From assembly GCA_963422375.2 (NCBI GenBank), contig OY729428.2:2976001-3040000 (forward strand): a stretch of DNA of 64,000 nt, given 5' to 3'. Source of the DNA: Bryobacterales bacterium. Its GTDB lineage: Bacteria > Acidobacteriota > Terriglobia > Bryobacterales > UBA6623. Positions 33,531 to 46,789 of the stretch are shown one piece after another. A program made the position numbers and the translations under genes. Each line of letters begins with the position of its first letter. Within the stretch, counting starts at the first letter, position 1. The notes under the pieces were generated by a model. That model was given only the letters and a program-made list of their open reading frames with translations, was not told where the DNA came from and did not search any database.

Positions 33531-35031
33531 GGGAATTATATATCTGAGTGCCGAGGGAATCGAGTTGGCAAATTATCAAGCCATTATAAGATTTCATATT
33601 TCTTCCGACTTTCCGTTGACATTCTGTGGTGTTTCTTGGTAGAATAGTTCCAGCAGGGGATACCGTAAATGAAGAAATCAGGTCCCGGGAAGTGGTTCCG
33701 TAAAGGCATCACATTGATCGAAGTGATCGCCATGTTCCCCGATGACGAATCCGCGGAAAAGTGGTTCGTCTCCATGCGCTGGCCGGACGGTCCCGCGTGC
33801 CCCCGCTGCCGCGGCTCCAGCGTGCAGTCCGGCGCGGCCCACCCTTCGATGCCGTACCGTTGCCGCGGCTGCGGCAAGCGCTTTTCCGTGCGCACCGGCA
33901 GCGTGACGGCCGACACCAAGCTCGGCTACCGCACCCGGGCCGTCGCCCTGTTCCTGCTGACCACCGGCATCAAGGGCGTCTCGAGCATGAAGCTGCACCG
34001 CGACCCGGGCGTCAGCCGGAAGTCGGCCTGGCACCTGGCGCACCGCATCCGCGCGTGCTGGGAGCGGCATCGGGGCCTGTTCGCCGGCCCGGTGGAGGTG
34101 GACGAGACCTGCGTCGGCGGCAAGGAACGCAACCAGCACGAGAGGAAGAAGGCCCGTGCCGGGCGCGGGCCCGTCGGCAAGACGCCCGTGGCGGGGGCGC
34201 GGGACCGCGCCACGAACGCAGTGGCCGCGCGGCCGCTGCCGGGCACGACCAAGGGCGACCTGCAGGGCTTCGTGCGCGCCCGCGTCGCGCCGGGGGCGCA
34301 GGTCCGCTCCGACGAGGCGGCGGCCTGCGCCGGCATGGCGGAGTTCCCGCACGAAGCCGTCAGGCACTCCGGCGGCGAGTACGTGCGCGGGGCAGCGCAT
34401 GCGAACGGCATCGAGTCGTTTTGGTCCCTGTTCAAGCGCGGCCTGTACGGAACCTATCACCGGATGAGCGTCCGTCATCTCGGCCGCTACCTGACGGAGT
34501 TCGCGGGACGGTGCAACGATCGCGACTGCGACACGGCGGAACGGATGCGGCGCATGGCGCGGGGCCTGGTCGGCCGGACGCTGACCTACCGGCAGCTGAC
34601 CGGCAAGGCCGCGGTCGCGGCCTGAGCGGCGCCCGCCGAGCCGAGCGCGGCGGCCCGCTCCGGGCGCTCTCTTCGCGCTCGGTGCGAGGGGTGCACCGGA
34701 TCCGGAATCCCCCGGCGCGACCCGAGTCCGGCCCGGACCGTCGATGCAGGCCGTCGAGCGCCGGGGATCCGCTGCCTTCGGCACTCGGAGGGCACGCAAT
34801 CGGCTTGCAAGGGGTGCCCTGCCACCGCCAACCGGGTTTCACCGGGGCATGCGAGGCGGCCTCTCTAGTCTGTTCCTCGTCCAATCCGCTGGCAGGCTCG
34901 ATTCAGATACGATCCCACCCCTCCGTGCCTGCCAAGGCCGCACTCGAATGACCCGAGCTCGACACCGACCTCCCTGCTCACAGCAGTTCTAGTCGGACCT
35001 GGCGTTGTCGGCACTCAGATATATAATTCCC
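33531..35031 (+). mobile_element. IS1595-family element type B
   Basis: Perfect 22-bp TIRs GGGAATTATATATCTGAGTGCC; 8-bp TSD CTTCCATT (33523-33530, 35032-35039); promoter TTGACA-18-TAGAAT (33616-33645). Confidence 0.95.
33669..34625 (+). CDS. IS1595 transposase (open frame, several conserved residues substituted)
   Basis: CPRC...CRGC, EVDET, RSDE, NGIESFWS, GTYHRMS. Confidence 0.88.
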   Translation: MKKSGPGKWFRKGITLIEVIAMFPDDESAEKWFVSMRWPDGPACPRCRGSSVQSGAAHPSMPYRCRGCGKRFSVRTGSVTADTKLGYRTRAVALFLLTTGIKGVSSMKLHRDPGVSRKSAWHLAHRIRACWERHRGLFAGPVEVDETCVGGKERNQHERKKARAGRGPVGKTPVAGARDRATNAVAARPLPGTTKGDLQGFVRARVAPGAQVRSDEAAACAGMAEFPHEAVRHSGGEYVRGAAHANGIESFWSLFKRGLYGTYHRMSVRHLGRYLTEFAGRCNDRDCDTAERMRRMARGLVGRTLTYRQLTGKAAVAA

Positions 35032-35342
35032 CTTCCATTCGGGCGATTCCCTACTCAAACTGGGTCGGGTCGACGAGGCAATCCCGGTTCTCGAAGAGGC
35101 GGCCCGCCTTGCTCCCGGCGACCGCCGCATAGGCGTCTCCCTTGCAACCGCGTACCTGCTTGCCAGACGGGGGACAGCGTCGGTCCCGCACCTTGAGGCC
35201 GCACTGAGGGACGGGGAGGACGAGCGCCTGCTCTTCCAGCTCTCGCGCGCTTATCGGGCGGCCGGACGGACAGACGATTCCCTCGCTGCCTTGGAGCGTC
35301 CCCAGAACGCGCTAGCAGCCAAGCAGGCGTATCCAGACGCGG

Positions 35343-37016
35343 ATGAGATCGCGCCTCCCTAGCCGGGCTCGCGCCGCGGCGGCGTGGGCCGTCGCGGGCC
35401 GCTGCGTCGCCATGGCGGCGATTCTGCATCCCGCCGCGGCGCAGATTCGATTCCGGAACGTCGCGGGCGAGGCCGGCTTGGAATTCGTGCTGGAGAGCCG
35501 CCCGACCCCAGCCAAGCACATGGTCGAGGCCGTGGCGGGCGGGGTGGCGGCGTTCGACGCGGACTCGGACGGACTCGTCGACCTCTATTTCGCGAACGGC
35601 GCGGACTCGACGTCCCTGAGAAAGCAGGGGGCCCGGCATTCGAACCGGCTCTACCGCAACCTAGGCGGCATGAGGTTTGCGGACGTCACCGAGGACGCCG
35701 GTCTGGAGGGTCGCGGGTACTCCATGGGCGTCGCGGCGGCCGACTACGACAACGACGGGGATGCCGACCTGTTCGTCGCCGGCGTCCGTGCGAACGCGCT
35801 CTACCGCAACGACGGCACCGGCCGATTCGTCGACACGGCCCGCGAGGCCGGGATCGCCAGCGATCATTGGTCGGTCGCGGCCAGGTGGTTCGATTATGAC
35901 GGCGACGGCGCGCTGGACCTGTTCGTCGTCAACTACCTCGACTGGACGCCTGAAGACGACCGCTTCTGCGGGGACCGGGCCCGCGGGCTGAGAATCTATT
36001 GCAGCCCGACTTACTTCCGCGGCCTGCCGAACTCGCTGTACCGCAATCGCGGCGACGGGACCTTCGAAGACGTCTCGGAGCCCTCGGGGATCGCCAGGCA
36101 TGCGGGCAAGGGCATGAGCGTCGCATTCGCCGACTACGATCTCGACGGGCGGATCGACGCATTTGTCACGAACGACACGGAGGCCGACTTCCTGTTCCGC
36201 AATATGGGCGACGGCTCGTTCAAGGAGCGCGGGCTCTTCGCAGGAGTCGCGCTGGCCTCGGACGGCACCCCGATGTCGAGCATGGGAGTCGATTTCCGCG
36301 ACTTCGACAACGACGGCCTTCCCGACATCCACGTGACGGCCCTAACCCGCCAGACGTTTCCACTCTTCCGCAATCTCGGAGACGGCCTCTTCGACGACTC
36401 CACCGCACGGAGCAGCCTGTACGGACTCACCGTTGCGCGCAGCGGCTGGGCGAACGCGCTTGCGGATTTCGACAATGACGGCCACAGGGACCTGTTCGTC
36501 GCCGCCTCGCACGTCAACGATCTAGCCGACGAATTCGAGAATTCACCCTACGAGCAGCCGAACGCGGTCTTTCGGAACAACGGCGACGGCACGTTCTCCG
36601 ACGCAAGCGGCAGGGCGGCGGACTTCCCGCCCGCAGCGCATCGCGGTGCTGCCTTCGCCGATCTCGACCAGGACGGTCGGGTGCACGCGGCCGTGTCCGT
36701 TATCGGGGGTCCCGCCCAGCTCTGGCGCAACGAGAGCCCAGAGAGCAACCGCTGGCTCGGCGTCCGCCTTGCCGGGAGCGCCAGCAATGCCGACGGCATC
36801 GGAGCGATCGTGCGCGCAGCCGGCCAGTTCGCTACGGCGACCTCGACCGTCGGCTACGCGTCCTCGTCCCTCGCGCCGCTGCATTTCGGACTGGGCGACT
36901 CGCCCGAACTCGACCGGATCCAAGTCACCTGGCCGAACGGCACGGAGCAGTCGGTGAGGGTGGTCGGGCTCGACCGCGTCATCTCGGTCCGCGAGGACGG
37001 CGCCGGTGCCCCGTAG
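35343..37016 (+). CDS. CRTAC1-family protein (FG-GAP/VCBS repeats plus ASPIC/UnbV); start uncertain
   Basis: Repeated DxDxDGxxDL motifs, NxLYRNxGDGTF, HRGAAFADLD, LHFGLG, VTWPNG. Confidence 0.92.
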   Translation: MRSRLPSRARAAAAWAVAGRCVAMAAILHPAAAQIRFRNVAGEAGLEFVLESRPTPAKHMVEAVAGGVAAFDADSDGLVDLYFANGADSTSLRKQGARHSNRLYRNLGGMRFADVTEDAGLEGRGYSMGVAAADYDNDGDADLFVAGVRANALYRNDGTGRFVDTAREAGIASDHWSVAARWFDYDGDGALDLFVVNYLDWTPEDDRFCGDRARGLRIYCSPTYFRGLPNSLYRNRGDGTFEDVSEPSGIARHAGKGMSVAFADYDLDGRIDAFVTNDTEADFLFRNMGDGSFKERGLFAGVALASDGTPMSSMGVDFRDFDNDGLPDIHVTALTRQTFPLFRNLGDGLFDDSTARSSLYGLTVARSGWANALADFDNDGHRDLFVAASHVNDLADEFENSPYEQPNAVFRNNGDGTFSDASGRAADFPPAAHRGAAFADLDQDGRVHAAVSVIGGPAQLWRNESPESNRWLGVRLAGSASNADGIGAIVRAAGQFATATSTVGYASSSLAPLHFGLGDSPELDRIQVTWPNGTEQSVRVVGLDRVISVREDGAGAP

Positions 37017-37278
37017 GCCCTCGGCGCCTCCTGCATGCGAGGCGCGGGAGTTCCCAGCGCGCCTGCCAAGCACTCCGAGCCGATCCGCCGAGCGGACGCG
37101 CCGCCCCACACCCGTCGATCCGGCTGCGGGGCGCCCCCTCCGAGGGCTCCGGGCAGTTCCGGTCGAGCCTCGCCCTTCCTTCAGGCAGGGAGCGTGATAT
37201 AAGATGTTGGCAAGGAGGAGGTTTCGCGGGCTCGGTGACGGCCGTGCCCTCCCAGCCGGTGAGGAGGGCAGTGGAGCG

Positions 37279-38199
37279 GTGGACTTTGATCAGCTGAACA
37301 CGTTCCTTGAGATCGTCCGCCTGAACAGCTTCTCCAAGGCAGCCAAGACCTGCTATCGCACCCAGCCGGCCATCAGCGCCCAGATCCGGCAAATGGAGCA
37401 GGAGCTCGGAACGCAGCTCTTCGAGCGCTTCGGCAGCCGGATTAAGCTGACGATCGCCGGTCGCACTTTCGCGAAATACGCTGCCAAGATCCTCGACATG
37501 CGGCGCCAAGGCTTCGACGCCGTGCGCGAGCTAGATCGGGTGCCGAGAGGCGAGATCAGCATCGCGGCGAACGAATCGACCTGCGTCCACGTGCTGCCGG
37601 CCGTGTTCTCGCGCTTCAAGGATCTCTTCCCCAACGTGCAGCTCCAAGTCGTGCGGTCGTACGGCGAGAAGACGATCGAATCCGTGCTCGGCAACTCCGT
37701 GGACTTCGGCATCACCCAGCTTCCCCTGAGCGAGAAGAAGCTAGAGGTCGTGCAGGTCTACTCCGACGAGATCCGCCTGTTCACTGCGCCGACGCATCGC
37801 CTCGCATCAAGGAAAGCAGTGGGTGCCGACGAGATCGTCAAGGAGCACCTGCTGCTGCCGAAGGGCGGGCGGACGCGCACGCGTATCAACGAATTCCTCG
37901 GCGACTACGAAGACCGACTGCAGATCTCCATGGAACTGGAATCGAGCGTGATGCAAAAGCGATTCACCGAGGCCCAGCTTGGCGTCACGTTCATGGCCGT
38001 CTCGAACGCCCGCGAGGAAATCCGGACGGGCCGCCTCAAGGCGATCCGGCTGCGCCCGCTCCCGATGATCCGCACGATCGGCTTGGTATACCGCAAGGAC
38101 AAGGCCCTGTCGCGCGCCGCGCTGGGATTCATCCAAGTCGTGAGCGAGTTCGCGGCGGAGACCGAAATGGGTCTTCCCCTAGCAAGGAAAGCGACATGA
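37279..38199 (+). CDS. LysR-family transcriptional regulator
   Basis: MDFDQLNTF...SFSKAAK...TQPAISAQIRQMEQELG..LFER; GTG start. Confidence 0.95.
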   Translation: MDFDQLNTFLEIVRLNSFSKAAKTCYRTQPAISAQIRQMEQELGTQLFERFGSRIKLTIAGRTFAKYAAKILDMRRQGFDAVRELDRVPRGEISIAANESTCVHVLPAVFSRFKDLFPNVQLQVVRSYGEKTIESVLGNSVDFGITQLPLSEKKLEVVQVYSDEIRLFTAPTHRLASRKAVGADEIVKEHLLLPKGGRTRTRINEFLGDYEDRLQISMELESSVMQKRFTEAQLGVTFMAVSNAREEIRTGRLKAIRLRPLPMIRTIGLVYRKDKALSRAALGFIQVVSEFAAETEMGLPLARKAT

Positions 38200-38522
38200 A
38201 GTGGGTTCTGAAGACCTCCCGCATCATCGTCGACACCGACAAAGGCAAGAGTGTGTTCCGGTCGCTCGCGGACTGCCCCCCGGACGTGAAGCGGCGCGTG
38301 CGCGAGACTGTCCCGGGGCCCGACGCCTGCACGATCCTGATTGCCAACAAGGAGGCCTACGAGGCGATCCGGCCGCCGGCCAGGACCTTGGACGCACTCC
38401 CTGACGAGGAGGCGCCGCGCCCGCGGGCCGATCTGCCGCGCTGGCAGGTCCGGGCCCTCTGGCTGCTCGCGGCGGTCGCAACCTTGGTGAGCCTGCTGGC
38501 GTGGGCGATGCACAGCGGGTAG
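38196..38522 (+). CDS. Hypothetical protein with C-terminal membrane anchor
   Basis: ATGA-coupled to LysR; hydrophobic ALWLLAAVATLVSLLAWAM. Confidence 0.7.
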   Translation: MKWVLKTSRIIVDTDKGKSVFRSLADCPPDVKRRVRETVPGPDACTILIANKEAYEAIRPPARTLDALPDEEAPRPRADLPRWQVRALWLLAAVATLVSLLAWAMHSG

Positions 38523-38572
38523 CGCCCGCGCGCGACTGACCGCGACGGCCGCCCGTCGTACCATAGGCCTTC

Positions 38573-39448
38573 ATGCGCATCGTCACGTTCTCGTGCGGAT
38601 CCCACGTCCGGGAAGCCGGCCTGCTGGTCGGCAACAGGGTCGTGGGCCTCGCGGCACACGGCTATCCCGACGCAGTCTCGCTGCTCGCAGAGGGTGGGCC
38701 GTCGCCGGACCTGCTGGCCGAGGCAACGGCTCGCGGCGAGTCCTTCGACTTCGGGGAGGTCCGCCTGCACGCTCCCGTCCCTGATCCCGGCAAGTTCATC
38801 TGCATCGGGCTGAACTACCGCGACCACGCCATCGAGTCGGGAATGGAGATTCCGCAGATTCCGACCGTGTTCACCAAGTACCGGAACGCGGTCTGCGGCC
38901 ATGGCGAGGCCATCGTGCTGCCGTCCGTTTCGAGCCAGGTGGACTACGAGGCCGAGCTGGCGTTCGTCATCGGGAAGCGGGCCAAGCGCGTCAAAGCCGC
39001 GGACTGGGAGAGCTACGTGTTCGGCTACACCTGCGTGCATGACGTGAGCGCGCGGGACTACCAGCTGGCCACGTCGCAATGGACGATCGGCAAGACCTTC
39101 GACACTTTCGGGCCCATGGGGCCGGCACTGGTGAGCAGGGACGAAGTGCCCGATCCGAACAGCCTGCGCATCTGGTTCGATCTCAACGGCGTGAGATTGC
39201 AGGATTCGAACACCAGCCAGCTGGTGTTCGACGTGCCGGCACTGCTCGAGTACCTGTCCGCGGTGATGACCTTGGAGCCGGGCGATATCGTCTCGACCGG
39301 CACGCCGCCGGGAGTGGGGTTCGCGCGCAAGCCGCCCGTCTACCTCAAGCCGGGCGACGTTTGCACGGTCGGTATCGAAGGCATCGGCGAACTCGTCAAT
39401 CCCTGCGTTAGCGAGGACGCCCGAGGCGGAAACGCGACCGCGGGCTAG
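38573..39448 (+). CDS. Fumarylacetoacetate hydrolase family protein
   Basis: CIGLNYRDHA, DYEAEL, HDVSARD, GKTFDTF, STGTPPGVG. Confidence 0.95.
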   Translation: MRIVTFSCGSHVREAGLLVGNRVVGLAAHGYPDAVSLLAEGGPSPDLLAEATARGESFDFGEVRLHAPVPDPGKFICIGLNYRDHAIESGMEIPQIPTVFTKYRNAVCGHGEAIVLPSVSSQVDYEAELAFVIGKRAKRVKAADWESYVFGYTCVHDVSARDYQLATSQWTIGKTFDTFGPMGPALVSRDEVPDPNSLRIWFDLNGVRLQDSNTSQLVFDVPALLEYLSAVMTLEPGDIVSTGTPPGVGFARKPPVYLKPGDVCTVGIEGIGELVNPCVSEDARGGNATAG

Positions 39449-39873
39449 TGGCGCGTCGCCGTCGCGACGCGCGCCTTGGCTCGCACGAGGGCCTGCTGCG
39501 CTCTATCCAGGTCGATCTCGAGCGACTGCAGCTGGAGCCGCTCGTTCGCCCGCTCCATGGCCCGGCGCGCCCGGTCCACATCGATTTCCGTGTCGAGTTC
39601 CGCGTGGCTTGCGAGGACGCGCACGCGGTCGGGCAGGACTTCCACGGCGCCGCCACCGACCGCAAGGAAGTGCTCCGTACCCTCGAGGTCAGCGTAGGTG
39701 ACCTCGCCGACGCCGACCTCGCCCAGTAGCGGCGCGTGCCCTGGCAGCACGCCGAGGTAGCCCGTGGTGAGAGGCAGCTGAACGGACAACGATTCCGCGT
39801 CCAGCACCCGGCGGTCGGGAACGGCGATCTCGATTCGAAGAGTGCTGTCAGGCATCGCAGCAGGCGGGGGCAT
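39445..39873 (-). CDS. atpC: ATP synthase epsilon subunit
   Basis: GYLGVLPGHAPLL, AVGGGAVEV, EIDVDRARRA. Confidence 0.95.
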   Translation of the reverse strand: MPPPAAMPDSTLRIEIAVPDRRVLDAESLSVQLPLTTGYLGVLPGHAPLLGEVGVGEVTYADLEGTEHFLAVGGGAVEVLPDRVRVLASHAELDTEIDVDRARRAMERANERLQLQSLEIDLDRAQQALVRAKARVATATRH

Positions 39874-39966
39874 GCGCTCCCTCGCCCGATTGTAGCGCCC
39901 GACAGCCGTCCGTCCGGTCGCGGGAAGCGGGATGGCCCGGCGGAGGCCCGCTCTTCGGCGCGCGGG

Positions 39967-40689
39967 TCACTCGCCGCCCAAGGCGCGGCGAATCGCAGCG
40001 GCGGAGTGCGCCGCGAGCCGCGCGCTCGCCTCCCGGGAGAAATGGACGTTGTCCGGCCGCACGTGGGGGATCCCTTCCGAGGCAATGAACCTATTCATGT
40101 CGTCCACCTCGACGCCGTGCCGGTTCATAACCTCTCGCGCGGCTTCGTTGTACTCGGGCAAGTCCGCCGGGACGCGGCCCGACGCCCCGTCCGGGACCGG
40201 CGTCGTCGGCCGCCACAGGAGCTTGGCTCCGGTCCTCTTGAGCCGGGCAACCAGCAGATCCAGATTGGCCCGATATTCCGAGACGGTGCTGACCTGCTCG
40301 CCCTCGGGCGGCAGGGCGAGCTTCCCTTCCGCGTCGACGTACTTGAGGTCGTGCAGGCCCCAGTTGAAGTGGATAAGATCCCACTTGCCGTCGCCCAGCC
40401 ACCGGTCGATCCTGTCGAGCCCGCGCCAGGTGTGGGCGCAGTTCTCGGGCGGCCGATGGACGTTGGCAACCCCCTCGAGGGCCTCACGCAACGGCAGCGT
40501 GTACCCGATCGAAATCGAATCGCCGATCAGCAGCACTCGCGGAAGGCCGGGTTCATCCGTCACGGGCGCGAACTCCGCCCGGATCTGAGCGCCGACAGGG
40601 ACAACCAGCCCGGAGGCGGCTAGTCCGCCTGCCAGCAGTCGCAGCCAGCGCCGGCGCGCTCGGTCGACGAAGGCCGTGTTCGAAATCAT
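39967..40689 (-). CDS. SGNH/GDSL hydrolase with Tat-like signal
   Basis: LLIGDSISIGY, HFNWGLHD, DNVHF; RRRWL signal; AGGAGG SD. Confidence 0.9.
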   Translation of the reverse strand: MISNTAFVDRARRRWLRLLAGGLAASGLVVPVGAQIRAEFAPVTDEPGLPRVLLIGDSISIGYTLPLREALEGVANVHRPPENCAHTWRGLDRIDRWLGDGKWDLIHFNWGLHDLKYVDAEGKLALPPEGEQVSTVSEYRANLDLLVARLKRTGAKLLWRPTTPVPDGASGRVPADLPEYNEAAREVMNRHGVEVDDMNRFIASEGIPHVRPDNVHFSREASARLAAHSAAAIRRALGGE

Positions 40690-40767
40690 GCGCACACCTC
40701 CCTGCAACCAGCCGCGGACGGCCCCGACGACGGCCGTGAACGGCCGGACGTACTGATTCTACAGGGC

Positions 40768-42204
<1,437 letters not shown>

Positions 42205-42233
42205 CTATGTTCCCTTGCAGTCCGGACGCCGCG

Positions 42234-43100
<867 letters not shown>

Positions 43101-43102
43101 CG

Positions 43103-44641
43103 CTAGCTCGCCTTAGCCACCGGGTTGAGCGCGAGGAAGTGCTCCTTGAAGGTCTCGATGGCGCTCCGGAGGGCGCCTGTCGCCTCGGTGTCGAGCTTGC
43201 CGCCCTCGCGGAGCAGCGCCAGCGCACCGCCCTCCCCCTGACGATCAAGGAACTCGTACAGGCCCTCCTCGAAGCCCGCGACCTGCGACAGTTCGAGATC
43301 GTCCAGATAGCCCTTGGTGCCCGCGAAGATGATGGCAACCTGCTTCTCGACCGGCAGCGGCGAGTACTGCTTCTGCTTGAGGATCTCGACGAGCCGGTCC
43401 CCGCGATGCAGCTGCTGCTGCGAGGCCTTGTCGAGATCCGAGCCGAACTGGGCGAAGGCCGACAGGGCGCGGTACTGGGCGAGGTCCAGCCGCAAGGTGC
43501 CGGCGACGGACTTCATGGCCTTGATCTGGGCGTTGCCGCCGACGCGGCTCACCGAGATGCCCACGTCGACCGCCGGGCGGACGTTCGCGTTGAACAGGTC
43601 CGCCTGGAGATAGATCTGGCCGTCCGTGATCGAGATCACGTTCGTCGGGATGTACGCCGAGACGTCGCCCGCCTGGGTCTCGATGAACGGCAGCGCCGTC
43701 AGCGACCCGCCACCGTGCTGGTCGTTGAGCTTAGCGGCGCGCTCGAGCAGGCGCGAGTGGAGGTAGAACACGTCGCCGGGATAGGCCTCGCGGCCGGGCG
43801 GGCGCCTCAGCAGCAGCGAGATCTCACGATAGGCAGCGGCGTGCTTGGAAAGGTCATCGTAGATGCAGAGAGCGTGGCGGCCCGTGTCGCGGAAGAACTC
43901 CCCGATGGCCGCCCCGGCGAACGGCGCCAAGTACTGCATCGGGGCCGGGTCCGAAGCCGAGGCGACCACCACGATCGAATACTCCATCGCGCCCCGCTGC
44001 TCGAGCGTCTTGACGACCTGCGCTACGGTGGAGCGCTTCTGCCCGACCGCGACGTAAATGCAAATCACGTCGCCGCCCTTCTGGTTCAGGACGGTGTCGA
44101 TCGCGATGGCGGTCTTGCCGGTCTGACGGTCGCCGATGATGAGCTCGCGCTGGCCTCGCCCGATCGGGATCATCGAATCGATCGCCTTGAGCCCCGTCTG
44201 CATGGGCTGCTTGACGGGCTCGCGGTCGATGACGCCCGGCGCGATCCTCTCGACCGGGTTGTACTGCGCCGCCTCGATGGGGCCCTTGCCGTCCAGCGGC
44301 CGGCCCAAGGCGTTGACCACCCGGCCGACCATCGCGTCGCCGACCGGGATCGAGATGATCCTGCCCGTGCGGCGCACCTGATCGCCCTCCATGAGGTCGG
44401 AGTAGTCGCCCAAGAGCACGGCGCCGACCTGGTCCTCCTCGAGGTTCATCGCGATGCCGGCCGTACCGCCGGGGAATTCGAGCAGCTCGCCGGCCATCAC
44501 CCGCTCCAAGCCGTGGAGGCGGGCGATTCCGTCGCCGAGCGAGATGACCGAGCCGACCTCGGCGACCTCGACAGCTGACTCGTAATTCCGGATCCGGTCG
44601 CGGATCAGCTGCGAGATTTCCGCAGCGTTCATCTGTGCCAT
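43103..44641 (-). CDS. atpA: ATP synthase alpha subunit
   Basis: [29 protein letters not shown]. Confidence 0.99.
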   Translation of the reverse strand: MAQMNAAEISQLIRDRIRNYESAVEVAEVGSVISLGDGIARLHGLERVMAGELLEFPGGTAGIAMNLEEDQVGAVLLGDYSDLMEGDQVRRTGRIISIPVGDAMVGRVVNALGRPLDGKGPIEAAQYNPVERIAPGVIDREPVKQPMQTGLKAIDSMIPIGRGQRELIIGDRQTGKTAIAIDTVLNQKGGDVICIYVAVGQKRSTVAQVVKTLEQRGAMEYSIVVVASASDPAPMQYLAPFAGAAIGEFFRDTGRHALCIYDDLSKHAAAYREISLLLRRPPGREAYPGDVFYLHSRLLERAAKLNDQHGGGSLTALPFIETQAGDVSAYIPTNVISITDGQIYLQADLFNANVRPAVDVGISVSRVGGNAQIKAMKSVAGTLRLDLAQYRALSAFAQFGSDLDKASQQQLHRGDRLVEILKQKQYSPLPVEKQVAIIFAGTKGYLDDLELSQVAGFEEGLYEFLDRQGEGGALALLREGGKLDTEATGALRSAIETFKEHFLALNPVAKAS

Positions 44642-44669
44642 CAGGCAGCGTTCCTTTCGGGCGGCGGCA

Positions 44670-45224
44670 TCAGCGCCTAGCGGACGCCAGCGACATCGAG
44701 AGCGAGCCGAGCGAGGCGCGGAGGGACCCGTCGTAGAGCATCGAACCCACCTGCACCGAACTTCCGCTCAGCAAGGCCGGATCGACCACGTAGACGGGGC
44801 GGACCCGCTTGCCGGTCAGCTCGCGGAAGCGCCGCTCCAGCGCGGCCTTCTGGCCGCTGTCGATCTCGCTGGCGACGCGCACTTCGATCTCCACTCGACC
44901 GGCCTCGCGATCGAGCCACGACCGCAAGCCTCGCAGCAGCAAGCCGAAATGCGCGATGCGTCGGTGGTCCAACACGACGTAGAGGAAGTTCCGGACGAGC
45001 CGGTCCATGCCGGTCCGCTCGCCGACGGCCGCGACCAGTTCGCGCTTCTCTCGCGGCGAGACCGCCGGCGAGCGCAGCACGGAACGAAGTTCGTCCGATT
45101 CGTCTAGGAGGTCGCCGAACGCCTGAAGCTGGTCGAAGGCCGTTGCCGGCGCGAGGCCCGAACCGGGGTCGCCGAGAACGTCCGCCAACGCGACGACGTA
45201 GCGATTGGCAACTGCTCGGGTCAT
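44670..45224 (-). CDS. atpH: ATP synthase delta subunit
   Basis: [15 protein letters not shown]...YDGSLR; position upstream of atpA. Confidence 0.93.
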   Translation of the reverse strand: MTRAVANRYVVALADVLGDPGSGLAPATAFDQLQAFGDLLDESDELRSVLRSPAVSPREKRELVAAVGERTGMDRLVRNFLYVVLDHRRIAHFGLLLRGLRSWLDREAGRVEIEVRVASEIDSGQKAALERRFRELTGKRVRPVYVVDPALLSGSSVQVGSMLYDGSLRASLGSLSMSLASARR

Positions 45225-45593
45225 GCAGGAGAGGACACAGCCGCCGGGGTGCCGGGGGGAACGAACGGCCGTCCGGGACGACGGGCCGGGGCCGCCGCTA
45301 GCCGGGCCCCGGACTCACCCCAAGACCTAACCTAGCACAGGCAGCACCGCGCGCGACGGCCCGCCAAGAGGCGAGCGTCGGCAGCGTCCGCGACGCCCCT
45401 GCATCGCATCCGCGAGCGCCCTGCCGGACCGCGGCCCGTCGACGGGCCTCGCGTATTCAGGCGCGCATCGTCGGACCGGCCGTTACCATCGGCCCTGCTG
45501 CACGTCTATTTCAGGGCAGCCGGATCTCCGGACGGACGCGGCGGCGCAAGCCACTGCCGGCGGTCTCGAGCGGTCCAGTACTAGGGGGCTTCC

Positions 45594-46340
45594 ATGCCCA
45601 AGACGATTCGCACCCAGTCCACGCGACGTAGGTTCCTTCACGCATCGGCGGCGACGGGCGCGTTCTACACGGTGCCGGGGCTGTTCGCGGAGCAACTCGC
45701 CGTCACGCCACGCGCCACCGAGGGGCCGTACTATCCCGACAAGATGCCGCTCGACGCCGACAGCGATCTAATTCTCATCAACGACGCGGCAACGCCGGCG
45801 CTGGGCGAGATCGCCCACGTCACGGGCAAGGTCATGACAACCTCCGGAACGCCGGTGCGCAACGCGATCGTCGAGATCTGGCAGGTGGACGCGAACGGCG
45901 TCTACCTGCACAGCCGGGCGCCCGGGCAGGACCGGCGCGACTCCAACTTCCAAGGCTTCGGGCGGTTCGAAACCGGTTCTACCGGGGAATACCGCTTCCG
46001 GACGATCAAGCCCGTGAACTACAGCTTTGGCGGCGGACGAGTTCCTCACATCCACTACGCAGTCAACCGAAACGGGCACCGCGTGCTGACGACACAGCTG
46101 TTCCTAGAGGGTCACGAGGGCAACGAGCACGACGGAGTAATCCGGCAAGCGCGACGGCAGAACGACAGCGGTATCGACTCGTTGTTCGTGGAGTTCAGGC
46201 CCGTGCCCGGATCGCAGATCGGCGAGCTGGCCGCTTCCTTCGACCTTGTCGTGGGCGACTTCGCGGGCAACGGATCCAGCGCGTCTGACCGGCGTGGCCG
46301 GCGGGGCTACCGCGGAAGAGGATTCGGTCGGCGAGGCTAG
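45594..46340 (+). CDS. Tat-exported intradiol ring-cleavage dioxygenase-like protein
   Basis: TRRRFL signal; TEGPYY, EIWQVDANGVY, FRTIKP, PHIH, TTQLF. Confidence 0.88.
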   Translation: MPKTIRTQSTRRRFLHASAATGAFYTVPGLFAEQLAVTPRATEGPYYPDKMPLDADSDLILINDAATPALGEIAHVTGKVMTTSGTPVRNAIVEIWQVDANGVYLHSRAPGQDRRDSNFQGFGRFETGSTGEYRFRTIKPVNYSFGGGRVPHIHYAVNRNGHRVLTTQLFLEGHEGNEHDGVIRQARRQNDSGIDSLFVEFRPVPGSQIGELAASFDLVVGDFAGNGSSASDRRGRRGYRGRGFGRRG

Positions 46341-46789
46341 ATGCTGCGGTTTGGTCCGGGGCCCGGTTCCGCCCGCACGCCGTTCTGGAGCTTGCGTTGC
46401 CGCCGCTCTCGTGCTGCGCCCATCCGCACGGGACGAACTGGCCCGAACGAGCCCAGGCGGCCGGACCGACGCGCTAGAGCAGCCAATGCCCTCCCGGGTC
46501 GGCGAACGAACTCTCCCGCGGCCGGAAGCGGGGGAACGGAGCGGGTCGTTGTGGTCCAGAAGGCACCGGAGAAACACCGTGCCCATGCGCTGATCCACCG
46601 ACCCGCGTCGGCACGACAGCGGGCCCGTTCAGTTCGGCCCGGTCCGCCGCAACCGGTCTGGCGGCGCCACGTGAGCACCCGGCAGGACCCGACCGGCCGG
46701 AGACCGCTGGAAGGTCGGGAATCCCGCGGAACGCCGGGTGCGAGAGACCGACGTGATATCGTTGCGAGCGCGCAGCCGGAGGCGCAACG

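Larger units (their letters stand above)
32356..35362 (+). pseudogene. Secreted TPR protein, frameshifted and split by IS1595
   Basis: Signal peptide and TPR helices over several frames; frame resumes after the TSD (GRFH|SGDSLLKLGRVDEAIPVLEEA). Confidence 0.85.
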
